DNA of 64,000 nucleotides from Leucoraja ocellata (Eukaryota): NCBI GenBank assembly GCA_036785375.1, contig JAWMAR010000070.1, positions 7,254,001 to 7,318,000 of the forward strand, read 5' to 3'. Shown piece by piece: positions 11,415 to 25,000 of this stretch (position 1 is its first letter; each line of letters starts with the position of its first letter). The notes under the pieces were generated by a model. It saw only the letters and a program-made list of their open reading frames with translations, ran no database searches and was not told where the DNA came from. The position numbers and the translations under genes were made by a program.

Positions 11415-11730
11415 CACATTCCCCTTTATTTTTGTTCCTGTTCTCAACATCTGCGGACTCCTGATTTTCCACATGTTGTTCCGTCCCCGTGTGGTCATGG
11501 ACAATGTTGGACACAGCTCATAGAAGCCGGCGATGTTGCCCGTAGTGAGCAAGAGTTGCACAAAGTTCACACCCAACTCAATGCTGGCGTACAAAGAATC
11601 ACTCACACCGGCTGTCTTCAAGAGAGTTTATTTTCATTAAACGTACGTTTACCGGTGCAAGCAAGGTCAGTTCTCCTCACTGCATGCGATCCACGCTCAC
11701 ACCTTCCACGCTGCTCATCTTTATACCTTT
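11415..11730 (-). terminator. Conserved 3' module with poly(A) signal for Ig-V copy 2
   Basis: AATAAA on the minus strand at 11627-11632; reverse complement of 4150-4400. Confidence 0.55.
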
Positions 11731-12197
11731 ATTATTCCCTACTTGGTGTGATAGCACGAAAACAGGCCCTTCAGCCCAACTCGCCCATGCAGACCCATAT
11801 ACCCCATCTAAGCCAGTCCTCAGCCACCCCATCAAATAATTCCTATCCATGGATCCATCCAAGTGTCTATTAAATGTTGTTTTAGTGCCTGCCTCCACTG
11901 CCTCCTCTGGCAGCTCGTTCCATACACCCACCACCCTCTGAGAGTAAATGTTGCCCCTATTTATATAGAGTTTGCACGTTCTCATTGTGGATGGTTTTGT
12001 GTATGTTTGCAGGTTAATTGGTCAGTGTAAATTGTCCGTAGTGTGTGGGACAGAACTGGTGTATGGGGTGATCACTGGTCCCCATTGACTCTGTGGGCCA
12101 AAGGGCCTGTTTCCCTGCTGTACCTCTGAACTAAACTACACTAAACTAGACTTTGCTACTGACCCTGGGGCGGGCCCTGTTGAATGAGTGGAAGCTT

Positions 12198-12707
12198 TCA
12201 ATCCATTAACAGCCAGGTCTCTTCTTCACAATTCCCTTGATTATAAGTGGTCCAAATGCAGGAATATATCGCCTCATCGTCCTCTTGTGCCCGTGTCAGG
12301 AGCAACGAGGCGTCCCGATGCAGGATGACGTTTTGATGCACGAACCACCGATGGGCATCAGACCTTTGATAATTCGCAAAGGTCCTATATGTGGCAATGG
12401 AAACACCATCTTTACTCCACGAAACAGAGGTCAGTGCACCGTAATTTTCGGATATTTTACAGTACAGCGTTACAGAACTACCCGGAGATGCAATGATCAC
12501 ATTATGTCTAGTTATGACAGGCTGACCTAGCCTGCCCTGGCAGTCTGGAAACCGATCTTCATTGACCTGCCGAGGCTCCCGTGCGTTCCACCTGGGCAAG
12601 TTTGCTTCCTCTCCCCATTCTCTGGAGATCGGACCTGTTCCAGCTGCGGAGACTTGCCACACCATCTCCACAAGGACCATGAATCCTATCCATCTCTGCA
12701 GTCCCAT
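12198..12707 (-). CDS. Putative secreted single Ig V-set domain protein, copy 2
   Basis: Same acceptor and near-identical 46-aa prepro segment as copy 1. V-set hallmarks are SVTLYC, VSW, RDASL and DEAIYSC. Stop codon follows the G strand, with no TM segment. Confidence 0.8.
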   Translation of the reverse strand: MGLQRWIGFMVLVEMVWQVSAAGTGPISREWGEEANLPRWNAREPRQVNEDRFPDCQGRLGQPVITRHNVIIASPGSSVTLYCKISENYGALTSVSWSKDGVSIATYRTFANYQRSDAHRWFVHQNVILHRDASLLLTRAQEDDEAIYSCIWTTYNQGNCEEETWLLMD

Positions 12708-12844
12708 GTTCCTGTGGGTGAAACAATGGGTCACCTTATTGCAACTCAGTAGGATTCATGATGACATTCCCTGAAGCTGCTGCCACCACACTGGGCAATA
12801 TCGCTGTGCAGCTTCTACAGCTCCCGCCTGGTTTAGTTTAAGTT

Positions 12845-13255
12845 GCTTTGACCTGTCGTGGACCAACAACATTGAAGTGGCAGCCAAGGAGGCACACCAA
12901 TGCATCGACTTCCTCAGAGACAGAGGAAATACGACAAGTCTCCAATGTCTCTTAGAAACTTCTACAGATGCACCACAGAGAGCAGACTGTGGGGTTGCAT
13001 CACAGCTTGGTTTGGGAACAGCTCTGAGCCCAAGATCACAAGATATTGCAGAGTTGTGGATGGAGCCCAGTCCATCACACAGACCACACTCCCCACCAGT
13101 GACTCCATCTACAACCAAAAAAATCAAAGACTTGTCCCACCCCAGTCAACCCTCCTTCTCCCTGGTCCTGTCTAGCAGAAGGTACAGAAGCTTGAAAGCG
13201 CGCACCACCAGACTCAGGAACAGCTTCTTCCCCTCTGCTATCAGGCTTCTGAACT
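12845..13255 (+). mobile_element. Rex1/Babar-like LINE 3' fragment in the intron of Ig-V copy 2
   Basis: [26 protein letters not shown]-terminus. A shorter piece of the same insertion lies in copy 1's intron (~2725-2850). Confidence 0.7.
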
Positions 13256-13291
13256 GGGGGAACAGTGAACAGAGACAATCCCACCCCCATC

Positions 13292-13485
13292 ACTCACAGA
13301 CACTTGAAGGATCCACAGGGTTGGTTACCAGCTCCGGAGTCTCCACACAGGGTGACGGGGTCGGTCTTGTTCTCATCTCCTGCCATCGCTCGCTCCTTTT
13401 ATACCGACTCCCGGCTTCTCCTGCCCCTCATTGTCTGCCCTCACGTACATTCAACCAATCACTGCCTCCCACGGAGCATTGGCCG
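13292..13485 (-). promoter_or_regulatory. Putative promoter and non-coding exon 1 of Ig-V gene copy 2
   Basis: TATAAAA on the minus strand at 13397-13403, CCAAT boxes and a GTGAGT donor; near-identical to 2500-2693. Confidence 0.6.
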
Positions 13486-14094
13486 GAGTCAGCCGCGACC
13501 TCTCCACCCTCTGCCAAACGTGTCGTTGCATCAGCCGTTAACGTTTAACAAGAACAACGTCATCCCAGCTGCCAGCGGCCAACCAGGCGCCCCATGATGC
13601 AATGACACGTTTAGCAGAGGGTGGAGAGGTCGCGGCTTACTCCAGCCAATATGTGGGACACGTTGTCGACTGTTGGGACATCTTTGATGACCACACTCTC
13701 GTTAGTAATTAACGGCGGCTGACTAGCAACCACACGGAGACAAGTCTGGGCACCACCCTGTGGATGACAGTGTTTGCTTGACACCAGTTTGTATTGGGGT
13801 GGCACAGTGGTAGCATAGCAGTAGAGTTGCTGCCTCACAGCGCCAGAGACCCGGGTTCGATCCTGACTACGGGTGCTGCCAACCGGTGACAACGGCCAGA
13901 CAACGGCCAGGCAACGGTCATTCTTCACCTGGTTATATTGTAACGTTTCATTCTTAATTGTTAACTGTATATCGTGTTGTAACTTGTGAGCAAAGCACCA
14001 AGGCAAATTCTTGTATGTATACATACTTGGCTAATAGCATTTATTCAAGTCAATTCACAGCAACTGAAATTGCTGTTTAGGGGAATTTTGAAAG

Positions 14095-14480
14095 ATGAGA
14101 GGAGGACCTCATTGAAACTTATCGAATAGTGAAAGGCCTGGACAGAGTGGATATGGAGCGGATGTTTCCATTATTTACAGAGTCCAGGACAAGAGGGCAC
14201 AGCCTCAGAATAAAAGCAAGTTCCGTTAGGAAGGAGATGAGGAGGAATTTCCTTAGTCAGACGGTGGTGAATCTTTGTAATTCATTGCCACAGATGGCAG
14301 TGGAGGCCAAGTCATTGGGTATTTTTAAAGTGGAGATTGACAGATTCTTGATTAGTACGGGTGTCAGAGGTTATGGGGAGAGGAGAATGGCGTTGAGAGG
14401 GAGAGATAGATCAGCCATGATTGAACGGCGGAGTAGACTTGATGGGGCAAATGGCCTAATTCTGCTCCTGAAACTGATGC
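14095..14480 (+). mobile_element. CR1-type LINE 3' fragment
   Basis: KGLDRVDMERMFPL...RTRGHSLRIK...VVNLCNSLP. Confidence 0.8.
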
Positions 14481-15539
14481 ACATGAACAGACACAAAGTA
14501 CGCTGTTATCTGTTTGAAATTATGGCTTTATTTTATTGTTTTAACAGCAACAATTATCTTTGTGATGGACAAACGATCGGTGGTGGAAGTTCCCGGCTGT
14601 TTGTCGAGCGCAGTCTGCAACAGAAAGATCATCTTAGAATTCTCACAACCAGGAAGGATGTCTACACATCAGATCAAAAACAATATCTAAAGTACGTCTT
14701 TTTTTTAAAGTTTCTAGTTTAGTTTAGTTTATTATCACGTGGACCGAGGTGCAGTGAAAAGTATTTTTGTTTGCGTGCTATCCTGTCAGTGGAAAGACTA
14801 CACATGATTACAGTCCAGCCGCCCACAGTGTACAGATACAGGATGAAGGGGTTAATGTTCAGTGTGAGGTAAAGTCTGATCAGAGATAATCCAAAGTGTG
14901 ATGGGGCTGCACAGCAGGGAGACAGGCCGTTCACTGCAGACCTGACCCTCACTCATTTTCCCCAACATTCCCATCAGTTCTCCCCAGATTCCAACCCTCA
15001 CCTACACATGAGGAGCAATTTACAGAGGGCCTGTCAACCTACAACCCTGCGCAACTTTGGGATGTGGGAGGAAACCGGAGCTCCTGGAGAAAAACCCACG
15101 CGGTCATGGGGAGAACGTGCAAACTCCGTCACCCAGAGAGTTGTGAAACTGTGGAATTCTCCGCCACAGAAGGCAGTGGAGGCCAATTCACTGGATGTTT
15201 TCGAGAGAGAGTTGGATATAACTCTTAGAGCTAATGGAATCAAGGGATGTGGGAGAAAGCAGGAATGCGGTACTGATTTTGGATGATCAGTCATGATCGT
15301 ATCGAATGGCGGTGCTGGCTCGAAGGGTTCTAACTCCACACACAGACAGCTCCGGTAGTCAGGATTGAACCTGTGTCTCTGGAGCTGTGAGGCAGCAGCT
15401 CTACCCGCTGCACGGCTACATTTTCTGGAGTGGTCGCCTGTTTTCTGGCCCTTGCCCATCCCCACCACCGCACTCTTCACTCCAGGCTGCCCGTTATCAG
15501 GGGACAACTCCATGAAGCCAGGGACCCAGAGAGGAGGTG

Positions 15540-15830
15540 ACACGGTGGCGCAGCGGGAGACACACCGCTTACATATCTTACAGCGCCAAAGACCTGGATT
15601 CCATCCTGACCACGGGCGCTGTCTGTACAGAGTTTGTACGTTCTCCCCGTGACTGCGTGGGTTTTCTCCGGGTGCTCCGGTTTCCTCCCACATTCCAAAA
15701 ACATACAGGTTTGTCGGTTAATTGGCTTCTGTAAATTGTAAATTGTCCCTAGTGTGTAGGATAGTGTTAGTGTACGGGGTGGCATGGTCTCGGTGGGCTG
15801 AAGGGCCTGTTTTTGCGCTGTTTCTCTAAA
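15540..15830 (+). mobile_element. tRNA-derived SINE (HE1/V-SINE-like); representative of many copies (e.g. 17211-17510, 31275-31575, 36195-36515 minus, 44670-44960 minus, 56105-56375 minus)
   Basis: A-box ggtggcgcagcgg, B-box-like ggttcgatcc in most copies, conserved core gagtttgtacgttctccccgtgac, and a CR1-like tail gggccgaagggcctgtttc...ctaaa. Confidence 0.75.
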
Positions 15831-16047
15831 GGCTAGAGGTGACTCTGCTGGGTGAAAATACTATGACCAATGAATGTTTAGGATGGCCAGTCACATACTA
15901 CTCTTGTGTTTCTTACCCCATGAGCATTTCAGTGTGGAAGGGCAAGTAGGGTCAGTATGGACTTGTTGGGCCGAAGGGCTGTTTCTGAGCTGTATGACCC
16001 GATGCCCAGTATAGAGTGTGAGGTCGGCAAGCACTCACCTTCTGCCA

Positions 16048-19000
16048 TTAAGGCCAGTTGCAACATTTACAGGATAAATCGAAGACTAATCCAGTGGCAC
16101 AGCTCTTCAGGTAGGTCCAGCCATTGGCGCACTGGTAGAACTTGTTCTTGTCCTTGGGATCAGCGAAGGTACCGTTGGCTTTGCCCTTACAGAAGCCACT
16201 GCCTCCACCGCCTCCACTGCCTCCACCGCTGCTGCCACCGCCTCCACCACCACTAGGGGCATCAGTAGGTGGGACCGCCGGCGCCAATGTTGTCTTGGAT
16301 GGGACGCAAGCTGCAAAGAAACACAGTTTGTTATAAGTTCATAAGCTCTCCTCAATTCATAGGAGAATTAGCCCATTGGGTTTACTCCACTATTCAATCA
16401 TGGCTGGTCTATCACTCCCTCTCAACCCCATTCTCCTGCCTTCTCCCCATAAACCCTGACACCAGAACTAATCAAGGATCTGTCAATCTGAAATACCCAT
16501 TGACTTGGCCTCCAAATCTATCTTAGTTCATGTAGAAACAAGGAACAGCAGATGCAGGTCTACAAAGTGTGAATATCCCAGTCAATGGGATTATGCCACT
16601 GAACCTCCCTCTCACCAACTCCAGCGGGGTCCTGACCTCCCATCTACCCCAGATGCTGGTCTATAAAAAGAGACACAATGTGCTGGAGTAACAGTTGCTT
16701 GTTCTCTATACCCACCACCCTCTGTGTGAAAGACTTGTCCCGCACATCTCCATTACCTCCAGAGATGCCAAGGCCAGAGTGCAGACTGTTGATGAGGGGG
16801 TAGGGTCCCTGGTGACAGAAGGCACCAGAGAAGTCATCCAGAGCCAGATCCCAGACCATAGCTCCTCCAAAGTTGTTCTTCTTCAGCCACGCAACCTGGA
16901 AGACACAGTTCACATCTTTACACCAACATCCCTCAGTCAATAATGGCTTCTACAATGCGCTTTCTATCGGGATTTATCACAGCACGGTTTGGGAATGGCT
17001 CTATCCAAAACACGCAAGAAATTGCAGCAAGTTGCTGATGCAGCCCAGACCGTCACACAAACCAACCTCCCTTCCATTGACTCCATCTACACCTCACGCT
17101 GCCTCAGCAAGGCCACCCGCATAATCGAGGACCAGTCTTGCCCAAGCACCAGAGAAATAAAAACAGAAATTCCACGTTTCCTCGATGTGAATCATTTCAT
17201 GAGGGCAGCAGGGTGGCGCAGCGGTAGAGCTGCTTTGCTGCCACACAGCGCCAGAGACCCGGTTTCGATCCTGACTACAGGTGCTGTCTGTGTGGAGTTT
17301 GTACGTTCTCCATGCGACCTGTGTCGGCTTTCTCCAGGTGCTCAGGTTTCCTCCCACACTCCAAAGACATACAGGTTTGTAGATTTATTGTCTTCGGTAA
17401 AATTCCTGGTGTGTGTAGTACAGTGCCCAGTATGTGGGGATCGCTGGTCGGCCCGGACTCGATGGGCCGAAGAGCCTGTTTCCAGCTGTACCTCTAAACT
17501 ATACTAAACTAAAGGTTACACCCTGCCTTGCTCACACAGTCCCGCCCCAATGGAAATATATAAAATCCCTAGAGAACAAATGTCAGACCCAAATCAAAAA
17601 TGTCCATGTTTAAAGCACATTCTAAAGAGCATAGCATCAATTTTAACGGCAACTTAAACTTGTTTGAACTGCATAACAAAGCATGATCATCACTTAACAT
17701 CCAAGGGAAGGCACAGATCTAAGGCAAACGTGACTTACTTTATAAAATAGAAATAATAATTTTATTCATGTGATAGGAGCAGAATTAGGCCATTCGGCCC
17801 ATCAAGTCTACTCCGCCATTCACTCTGCCATTCACTCTAGTCTACTCCGCCATCAAGTCTACTCCGCCATGGCTGATCTATCTCTCCCTCCTAACCCCAT
17901 TCTCCTCCCTTCTCCCCATAACCCATGACACGCGAACACCATGAATTTATGGTGAGCTGGAAATTTTATGCAGAATGTTAACGACAAAAGATTCTAAGGA
18001 TTTTGAAGTATAATTCTGGAGTTCACTGTTGGAAACTCTGCAGTAGATATTGAGATAAACGAGACCATGGTGGTTCACGTGGGAAGGGTGGAACTTCGAT
18101 GGTCAGATGTACCTTGTCTCCGAAGCTCTTGACGTTGTCATAGCCGACCCATATTCCACTCTTGAAGGCGTACGGGGTGTCTTGTGGGGCGTTCCATTCG
18201 CTGGTGGCACCGTTCAGGAACCCGCAGATCTGCCCAGAGACGGAGATGTTAGGGACCAATCTTGTCGAGTTGGAAAAAAATCATGAGAGGAACCGATCAG
18301 GTAAACGCAAACGCAGAGACGGCGAATCGAGAACCAGAGGACATGGGTGAGGGAGAAAGATTTAATAGGAATGGTGCTGGCTTGAAGGGCCGAATGGCCT
18401 ACTCCTGCACTTATTGTCTATTAAATCTGAGGGGTAACCATTTGACTCCAAGGGTGGTGGGTGGTGATAGTGACAAAGGCTGGAGGGGAACAGGAGACGA
18501 AATAGTGTCAGATACTGAGAGGAGAGGGGAAGAGAGATGTGGAGAGAGGTGCAAAGAGAGGAGGAAAGAGGTGAGAGAGAGATATAGGTTAAGAGAAGGG
18601 AGAAAGACATGAAAGAGAAAGATAGAAAGAGGAGAGGAGAGAAAGATGTATAAAGAGCGATATGTCCAGAAAGTGGAGGAGAGAGATATAAAGCCGGAGG
18701 GAGGGATGTGGTGAGAAGGAGATAGTGGGGAGGGCAAAGAGGAAGGGGAGGATAGAAGGGAAATGGGGATCTCTTGAGAGGAGGGGAACGGAGAACATGG
18801 GTGTGCGATGTTTCGGGTGGAGATCCTTCCTCAGGCTGCAGCACCTTGTGTCCATCTATGTTGTGTGTGGTTATTCAGTATTGGATTGGAAGATAACATT
18901 GAGTAAAGAGCCACGCGGTTGGATTGGTCGGTAGGTACAGTACCTCATAGTAGGCCAGGAAGCCGGCTTGGCGGGTGAATTTGCCGGCTGGACCAGCGCC

Positions 19001-22000
19001 TCCTGCTGGGGCACCCACAGCCGTGCTGGACGAGGTCAGTCTGAATGTGTGTCCGTAGGTGGGGAAACCCACATTCAACTTCTCCACTGGAGCCCCCTTG
19101 CTCTTCCAGTAGTTCATGGCGTATTCCTGCAGGGACACAGTTGGCATCAAAGGACTTTAGGCTCATGTTTACGTTTAGGTTTATTATTATCACGTGCACC
19201 GAGGCACAGTGAAAAGTCTCCAAACAGATCAGATAATACCGTACATGAATACAACCAAATCAAACTCGGGTACAATAGGTAGAACAAAGGGGAAGATACA
19301 GAGTGTAGAATATAGTTCTCATCATCGTAGCGCATCAGTTCCAGAGACAAAGTCCAATGTCCGCAATGGGGTAGAGGTGAATCGGACAGTACCCCAGCTT
19401 ATGGAAGGGCCGTTCAGAAGCCTGATAGCAGAGGGGAAGGAGCTGTTCCTGAGTCTGGTTGTGCGCGCTTTCAAGCTTCTGTACCTTCTGCTAGACCAGG
19501 GAGAAGGAGAAATGACTGGGGTGGGACAAGTCTTTGTTCTGTTGGCTGCTTTTCTGAGGAAGCGTGAAGTGTAGATGGAGTTAATGGTGGGGAGTGTGGT
19601 CTGTGTGATGGACTGGGCTCCATCCACAACTCTCTGCAATTTCTTGTGGTCTTGGGCTCAGAGCTGTTCCCAAACCTAGTTGTGATGCAACTCCACAGTC
19701 TGCTCCCCGTGGTGTATGGAACAGTTATATGGACTTGACAAAATGGGTTTATTAATTCGGAGAGAGGAGTTGAAAAAGTTGAGCAGGATTTATTTTTCTT
19801 GAGCACTTACCACATTGAAGTAGAGGTTGGTTGTATCCTGGTTATTAGGCAGGGCATAGAGGGGGCTGTTCTCTCCAGTAACGTGGCTCCAGGGACCATA
19901 GAAATCGTAGGTCATCACGTTGAAGAAGTCAACTACCCTGCAAGAGAGGAGACGGGTCACCCTGATACTCCATGCACCAAATTAACATCAGAATGCAGAA
20001 CAGTACAACACAGGAACAGGCCCTTCTGCCCACAATGTCCGTGCCAAACATGGCGGCAAGATAAACTCATCTCCTCTGTCTACACGTGATCCATATCCCT
20101 CCATTACTTGTATATCTACAAGCCTCTTAAACACCACTATCGTATCTGCCTCCACCACCACCCCTGGCAGCGCGTTCCTGGCACCCACCACTATCTCTGT
20201 AAAAAAAACCATGCACATCTCCTTTAAACTTGAACATGATGCCAAGTCCATCACTTATCTACCTGCATATCACCAACATCCCTCCATGCCTGGCATGATC
20301 ATGTGCCTATCTAAAGGTCTTTTAAATGCCACTAAGATATCCGTTTCAACCACCACCTCAGCAGGTTCTGACTGTCTACACTATGCATCTAGTGATTTTA
20401 TAAATTTCTATCAAGTCTCTCCTCAACCTCTGATGTTCCAGAGGAAACAATGTAAATTTGTCGAACCTCTCCCTGTAGCTAATCCCCTCTAATCCAAGCA
20501 GCGCTCTGGTAACTCTCCTCTGAACCGTCTCTAAAGCCTCCACATGCTTCCTGTAATGGAGACGACCAGAGCTGCACGCAATGCTCTAAATGCCTCCTGG
20601 CTAAAGACCTACAGAGCTGCAAGTTGGCTTCCTGACTCTCACACTCAATGCCCCGACTGATGAAGGCATTGAATGCATTAGGGTTGTGGATGGATCTCAA
20701 TCGCCGTGCTAGAAGCTCCCACCATTGAAATTGTGGAGCCATGAAAAACTAGTTCAAATACGACGTCAAACTCGCTAAACGCCCACAGGAAAAGTTGGGC
20801 TTCTTTGCATGTGGAAGGACACTCACTGGCCGAGCTGAGGAACCTCGTAGCCAGTATCGATGTTGTTCTTCCCACCAGCAACGGCAGCCGAGAGCAGCAG
20901 TCGTGGCTTTCCTGCGCTTTTCCCTTCGGCCTCGAAGGCAGCCATCAGCTCCTGTGGGTCAGAGAGATCGAGGGCTCCTTTAGCAAGACGTCAAGTCTAG
21001 TCTTAGAAAGGGTCCCGACCCGAAACATCGCCTATCCTCTTTCCTCAGAGATGCTGCCTGACCCGCTGAGTTACTCCAACACTTTGTGTTAATTTCAATT
21101 TTAGTTTAGTTTAGTCTAGAGTAACTCAGCGGGTCAGGCAGCATCTGTGGAGAACATGGATAGGTGACGTTTCACAGAGTGCTGGAGTAACTCAGCGGGT
21201 CAGACAGCATCTGTGGAGAACATGGATAGGTGATGTTTCACAGAGTGCTGGAGTAACTCAGCGGGTGCAGCAGCATCTATGGAGCTAAGGAAATAGGCAA
21301 CGTTTCGGGCCGAAACCCTTCCGGGTTTCGCCCCGAAACGTTGCCTATTTCCAGAAGGGTTTCGGCCCGATACGTTGCCTATTTCCTTAGCTCCATAGAT
21401 GCTGCTGCACCATAACTCAGCGGGTCAGGCAGCATCTGTGGAGAACATGGATAGGTGACGTTTCACAAAGTGCTGGAGTAACTCAGCGGGTCAGGCAGCA
21501 TCTGTGGGGAACATGGATAGGTGACGTTTCACAGAGTGCTGGAGTAACTCAGCAGGTCAGGCAGCATCTGTGGAGATAAAGGATAGGTTTGGCCTGCGTT
21601 TGGCCCATTTATTTTAAAGGAACTCATAGTGAGATGTACTTGACCGAACCTGAGCCAGGACAGTGTAGAGATGCTTGTCAACGGGAGGACTTCCTCGAGA
21701 TCCAGGATATTCCCAGTCGATGTCCAGACCGTCAAAGCCGTACCCTCTCAGGAAGGCGATGACTGACTTGATGAAGATTTGCCGAGTTCCTGATGAGGCG
21801 ACCATCGCGGTGAATCTGCAGGAGGGATGGATGTGGGGAGAGGAGTTAGAAATTAAATGTGCCGGAGACACAAGGAACTGTAGTAACGGCCACTGTACTC
21901 AGTGACCCAGTGAATCTGCTGTTATATCCTATCATGTACAGATTCACCCTCGCCTTCATTAAATGTTCGTGGTTAAAAAATTACTCCTTTCTCCTGCTAT

Positions 22001-25000
22001 TCTCCGAAGTTTCATGTGAAATTATTATTTCTGAAAATGACATTTAGTTCAGAGATACGGCGTGGAAACATGCCCTTCGGCCCCCCCCACTCTGCACCGA
22101 CCAGCGATCTCCGCTCACTAACACTATCCTACACACACAAGGGACAATTTACATTTATAACAACCCAATTAACCTACAAATTTGTACGTCTATGGAGTGA
22201 AGAGAAAACCAAAGATCTCTGAGAAAACCCAGGTCACAGGGAGAACGTACAAACTCCGTACAGACAGCACCCGTAGTCAGGATCGAACCTGGGTCTCTGT
22301 TGCTGTAAGCGCTGTAAGGCAGCAACCGTGTCACACACTATTGAAAGGATTCTTTCTGGAAATTATGTTCTTTTACTGTTTGGCAATCAATATCCTGCAT
22401 TGTTCAAATTGCAAACTGCTCTGTTTAATAATACTACTGAAACAGTTCACTGTAAAATTATCCCCTCAATATTTATCTCTGTGGATATCATTACCAAACA
22501 CACCCACTGTTCACGTCAGACACATGAAACTGCAGGTGCCGGTCTACTAAAAGAAAAGACACAAAGCGCTGGAGTAAATCAGCGGGTCAGGCAGCATCTC
22601 TGGAGAACATGGATAGGTGACAATTCTGGTCAAGCCCCTTCTTCAGGCTGAGTTACTGAGGAGTTACTCCAGCACGTTGTGTCTTTCAATATTAATTCCA
22701 TATCACAGTCAATTGGAAAATAACTTTTTTTAATCTAATGCTAACGTAAAAAGTTTCCATCTTACTTCTGGGTGCCAAAGTTCCAGCCTCCAATGGACAG
22801 CAGAGTCTTGAGGTTTGCATTCCTTAAAAAATGGACAAAATGCGGTTTTAGAATGATGTTTAGAACAACAAAACATTTTCAAAACTTCTCAGGATCTTCT
22901 GTTTATTTCGCCCCTTTGGTGTTACGTTTAGTTGAGGGGATTTGCCTCAGTCTGGATCTCAAGGGGGTCACAGAACATGAGGTGCAAGTTCATGCAACAA
23001 GGCTTCATAAGCAATGGGCCAGTCTCACTATGGGGGCTGAAGGGACTATTTCCTCAATGATTCTGGTGGCCTGTCCAACAGCTTTCTCCTGAATATCCCC
23101 CTAAACCGTCACCTTTCAGACAGGGGAGGTGGATGAGATGAGAAAACCTTCAACAAATGGATGTGTAACAGGGTCATGTCAAAGACCCCGCTGACCATCG
23201 ATCACCCATTCACACCAGTGCTATTTCATCCCACTTTCTCATCCACTCCCTATGCACTTGGGGCAAATTGTAGAGGCCAATTAATCTAGAAACCCTTTGG
23301 AATGTGGGAGAAAACCGGTAATCCAGAGAAAACCCTCACTGTCTTATGGCAAACGTGCAAACTCCACACAAACAGTGCCTGCGGCGTCATGAGGCAGTGG
23401 CTCTACCCGCTGCGCCACTGTGCTGCCCGGTACTTACAACAGATGGAATCTTGCCACATACTCTTCCATAAGATAATAAACTAAACTAAACTAAATTAAC
23501 TGTGGAATATGGATTTGGGGAATATCCAATACAGTGTCTGGTTAGCACACAACAAAAACCTTTCACTGTACCTCTGTACATGTGACAATGAACTAAACTG
23601 GACAATGTAAACACCGCGTACAATGCCCGGCATTTGAGAAACAAGGTTAGTATTTATTCAGCAACTGTACTTGTTCTTCAGGCTGTTGACCTCCTTGTAG
23701 AGTTTTGGGTCGTTCCATTCGTAGGTGGCGATCTGATTGCTCCTCATTCCAGCGAAGGCGTAGATGATGTGCGTGCAGAGGCAAGGGTCCACGCTCTGGG
23801 GCATGTATTTACCCTCTCCTGGTCTGTACTGTGCCCAGTTGGTGAAGTAACACACCAGCCTGTAGGCAGAGCCTGGGCAAGGGAGAGACAGGGTGGTCAG
23901 GACAATGTTTCTGTGGCACTCACACAAAGCAAAGCAAAGCAAGGCTGCAAATGCACAAAGACTCACCCAGTTGCAGGCAGGCCAGTAAGACCACCGCTGG
24001 AACAGAAAACAGAGAACAGCGTGTTAGGATTATGACAACCCGTAATAAATCAGGTGTTACGGCTGAACAATGGTCGGCATGGACTCCGTGGGCCGAAGGG
24101 CCTTGTTTCCATACTGTATCTCTAAACTAAACCTTTCCTATCCCATGTACCTGTCCAAATTTCTTTTAAATGTTATTAAATGTTAAATGTCAACAAAATA
24201 GAGAGAGTACAGAGGAGATTTACTAGAATGTTGCCTGGGTTTCAGCAACTAAGTTACAGAGAAAGGTTGAACAAGTTAGGGCTTTATTCTTTGGAGCGCA
24301 GAAGGTTAAGGGGGGACTTGATAGAGGTCTTTAAAATGATGAGAGGGATAGACAGAGTTGACGTGGATAAGCTTTTCCCACTGAGAGTAGGGAAGATTCA
24401 AACAAGGGGACATGACTTGAGAATTAAGGGACTGAAGTTTAGGGGTAACATGAGGGGGAACTTCTTTACTCAGAGAGTGGTAGCTGTGTGGAATGAGCTT
24501 CCAGTGAAGGTGGTGGAGGCAGGTTCGTTTTTATCATTTAAAAATAAATTGGATAGTTATATGGATGGGAAGGGAATGGAGGGTTATGGTCTGAGCGCAG
24601 GTATATGGGACTAGGGGAGATTATGTGTTCGGCACGGACTAGAAGGGTCGAGATGGCCTGTTTCCGTGCTGTAAATTGTTATATGGTTATTATACTTGCC
24701 TCATCTGCCTCCTCTGGCAGATCATTCCATATACTCACCACCCTCTGGGCAACAGGTTAGAGTCATAGTCATAGTCACACAGCGCAGAAACAGGCCCTTT
24801 GGCCCAATTTGTCCATGCTGAACATCTAAGCTTGTGCCAGTTGCCCCTGGGTTCACCTTTAAATCTTTGCCCTCTCACCTTCAGTGTCAATGCCCCTGTA
24901 GTTTTAGACTCCCCTTCCCTGGAGAAAGGCAGAGACCATCCTTCATATCTCTGCCCCTCGTGACCTTCTAAACGTCTTAAGAAGTCAAACCTCAACCTCC

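Noticed and set aside
12877-13548. Long ORFs over the promoter module (e.g. 223 aa, 177 aa, 139 aa)
   Set aside because: These are chance read-through from a Rex1-like LINE end into the antisense strand of the promoter, with non-ATG starts.
18362-18855. Leu/Ser/Pro-rich ORFs
   Set aside because: They come from a low-complexity GA-rich tract in a chia intron.
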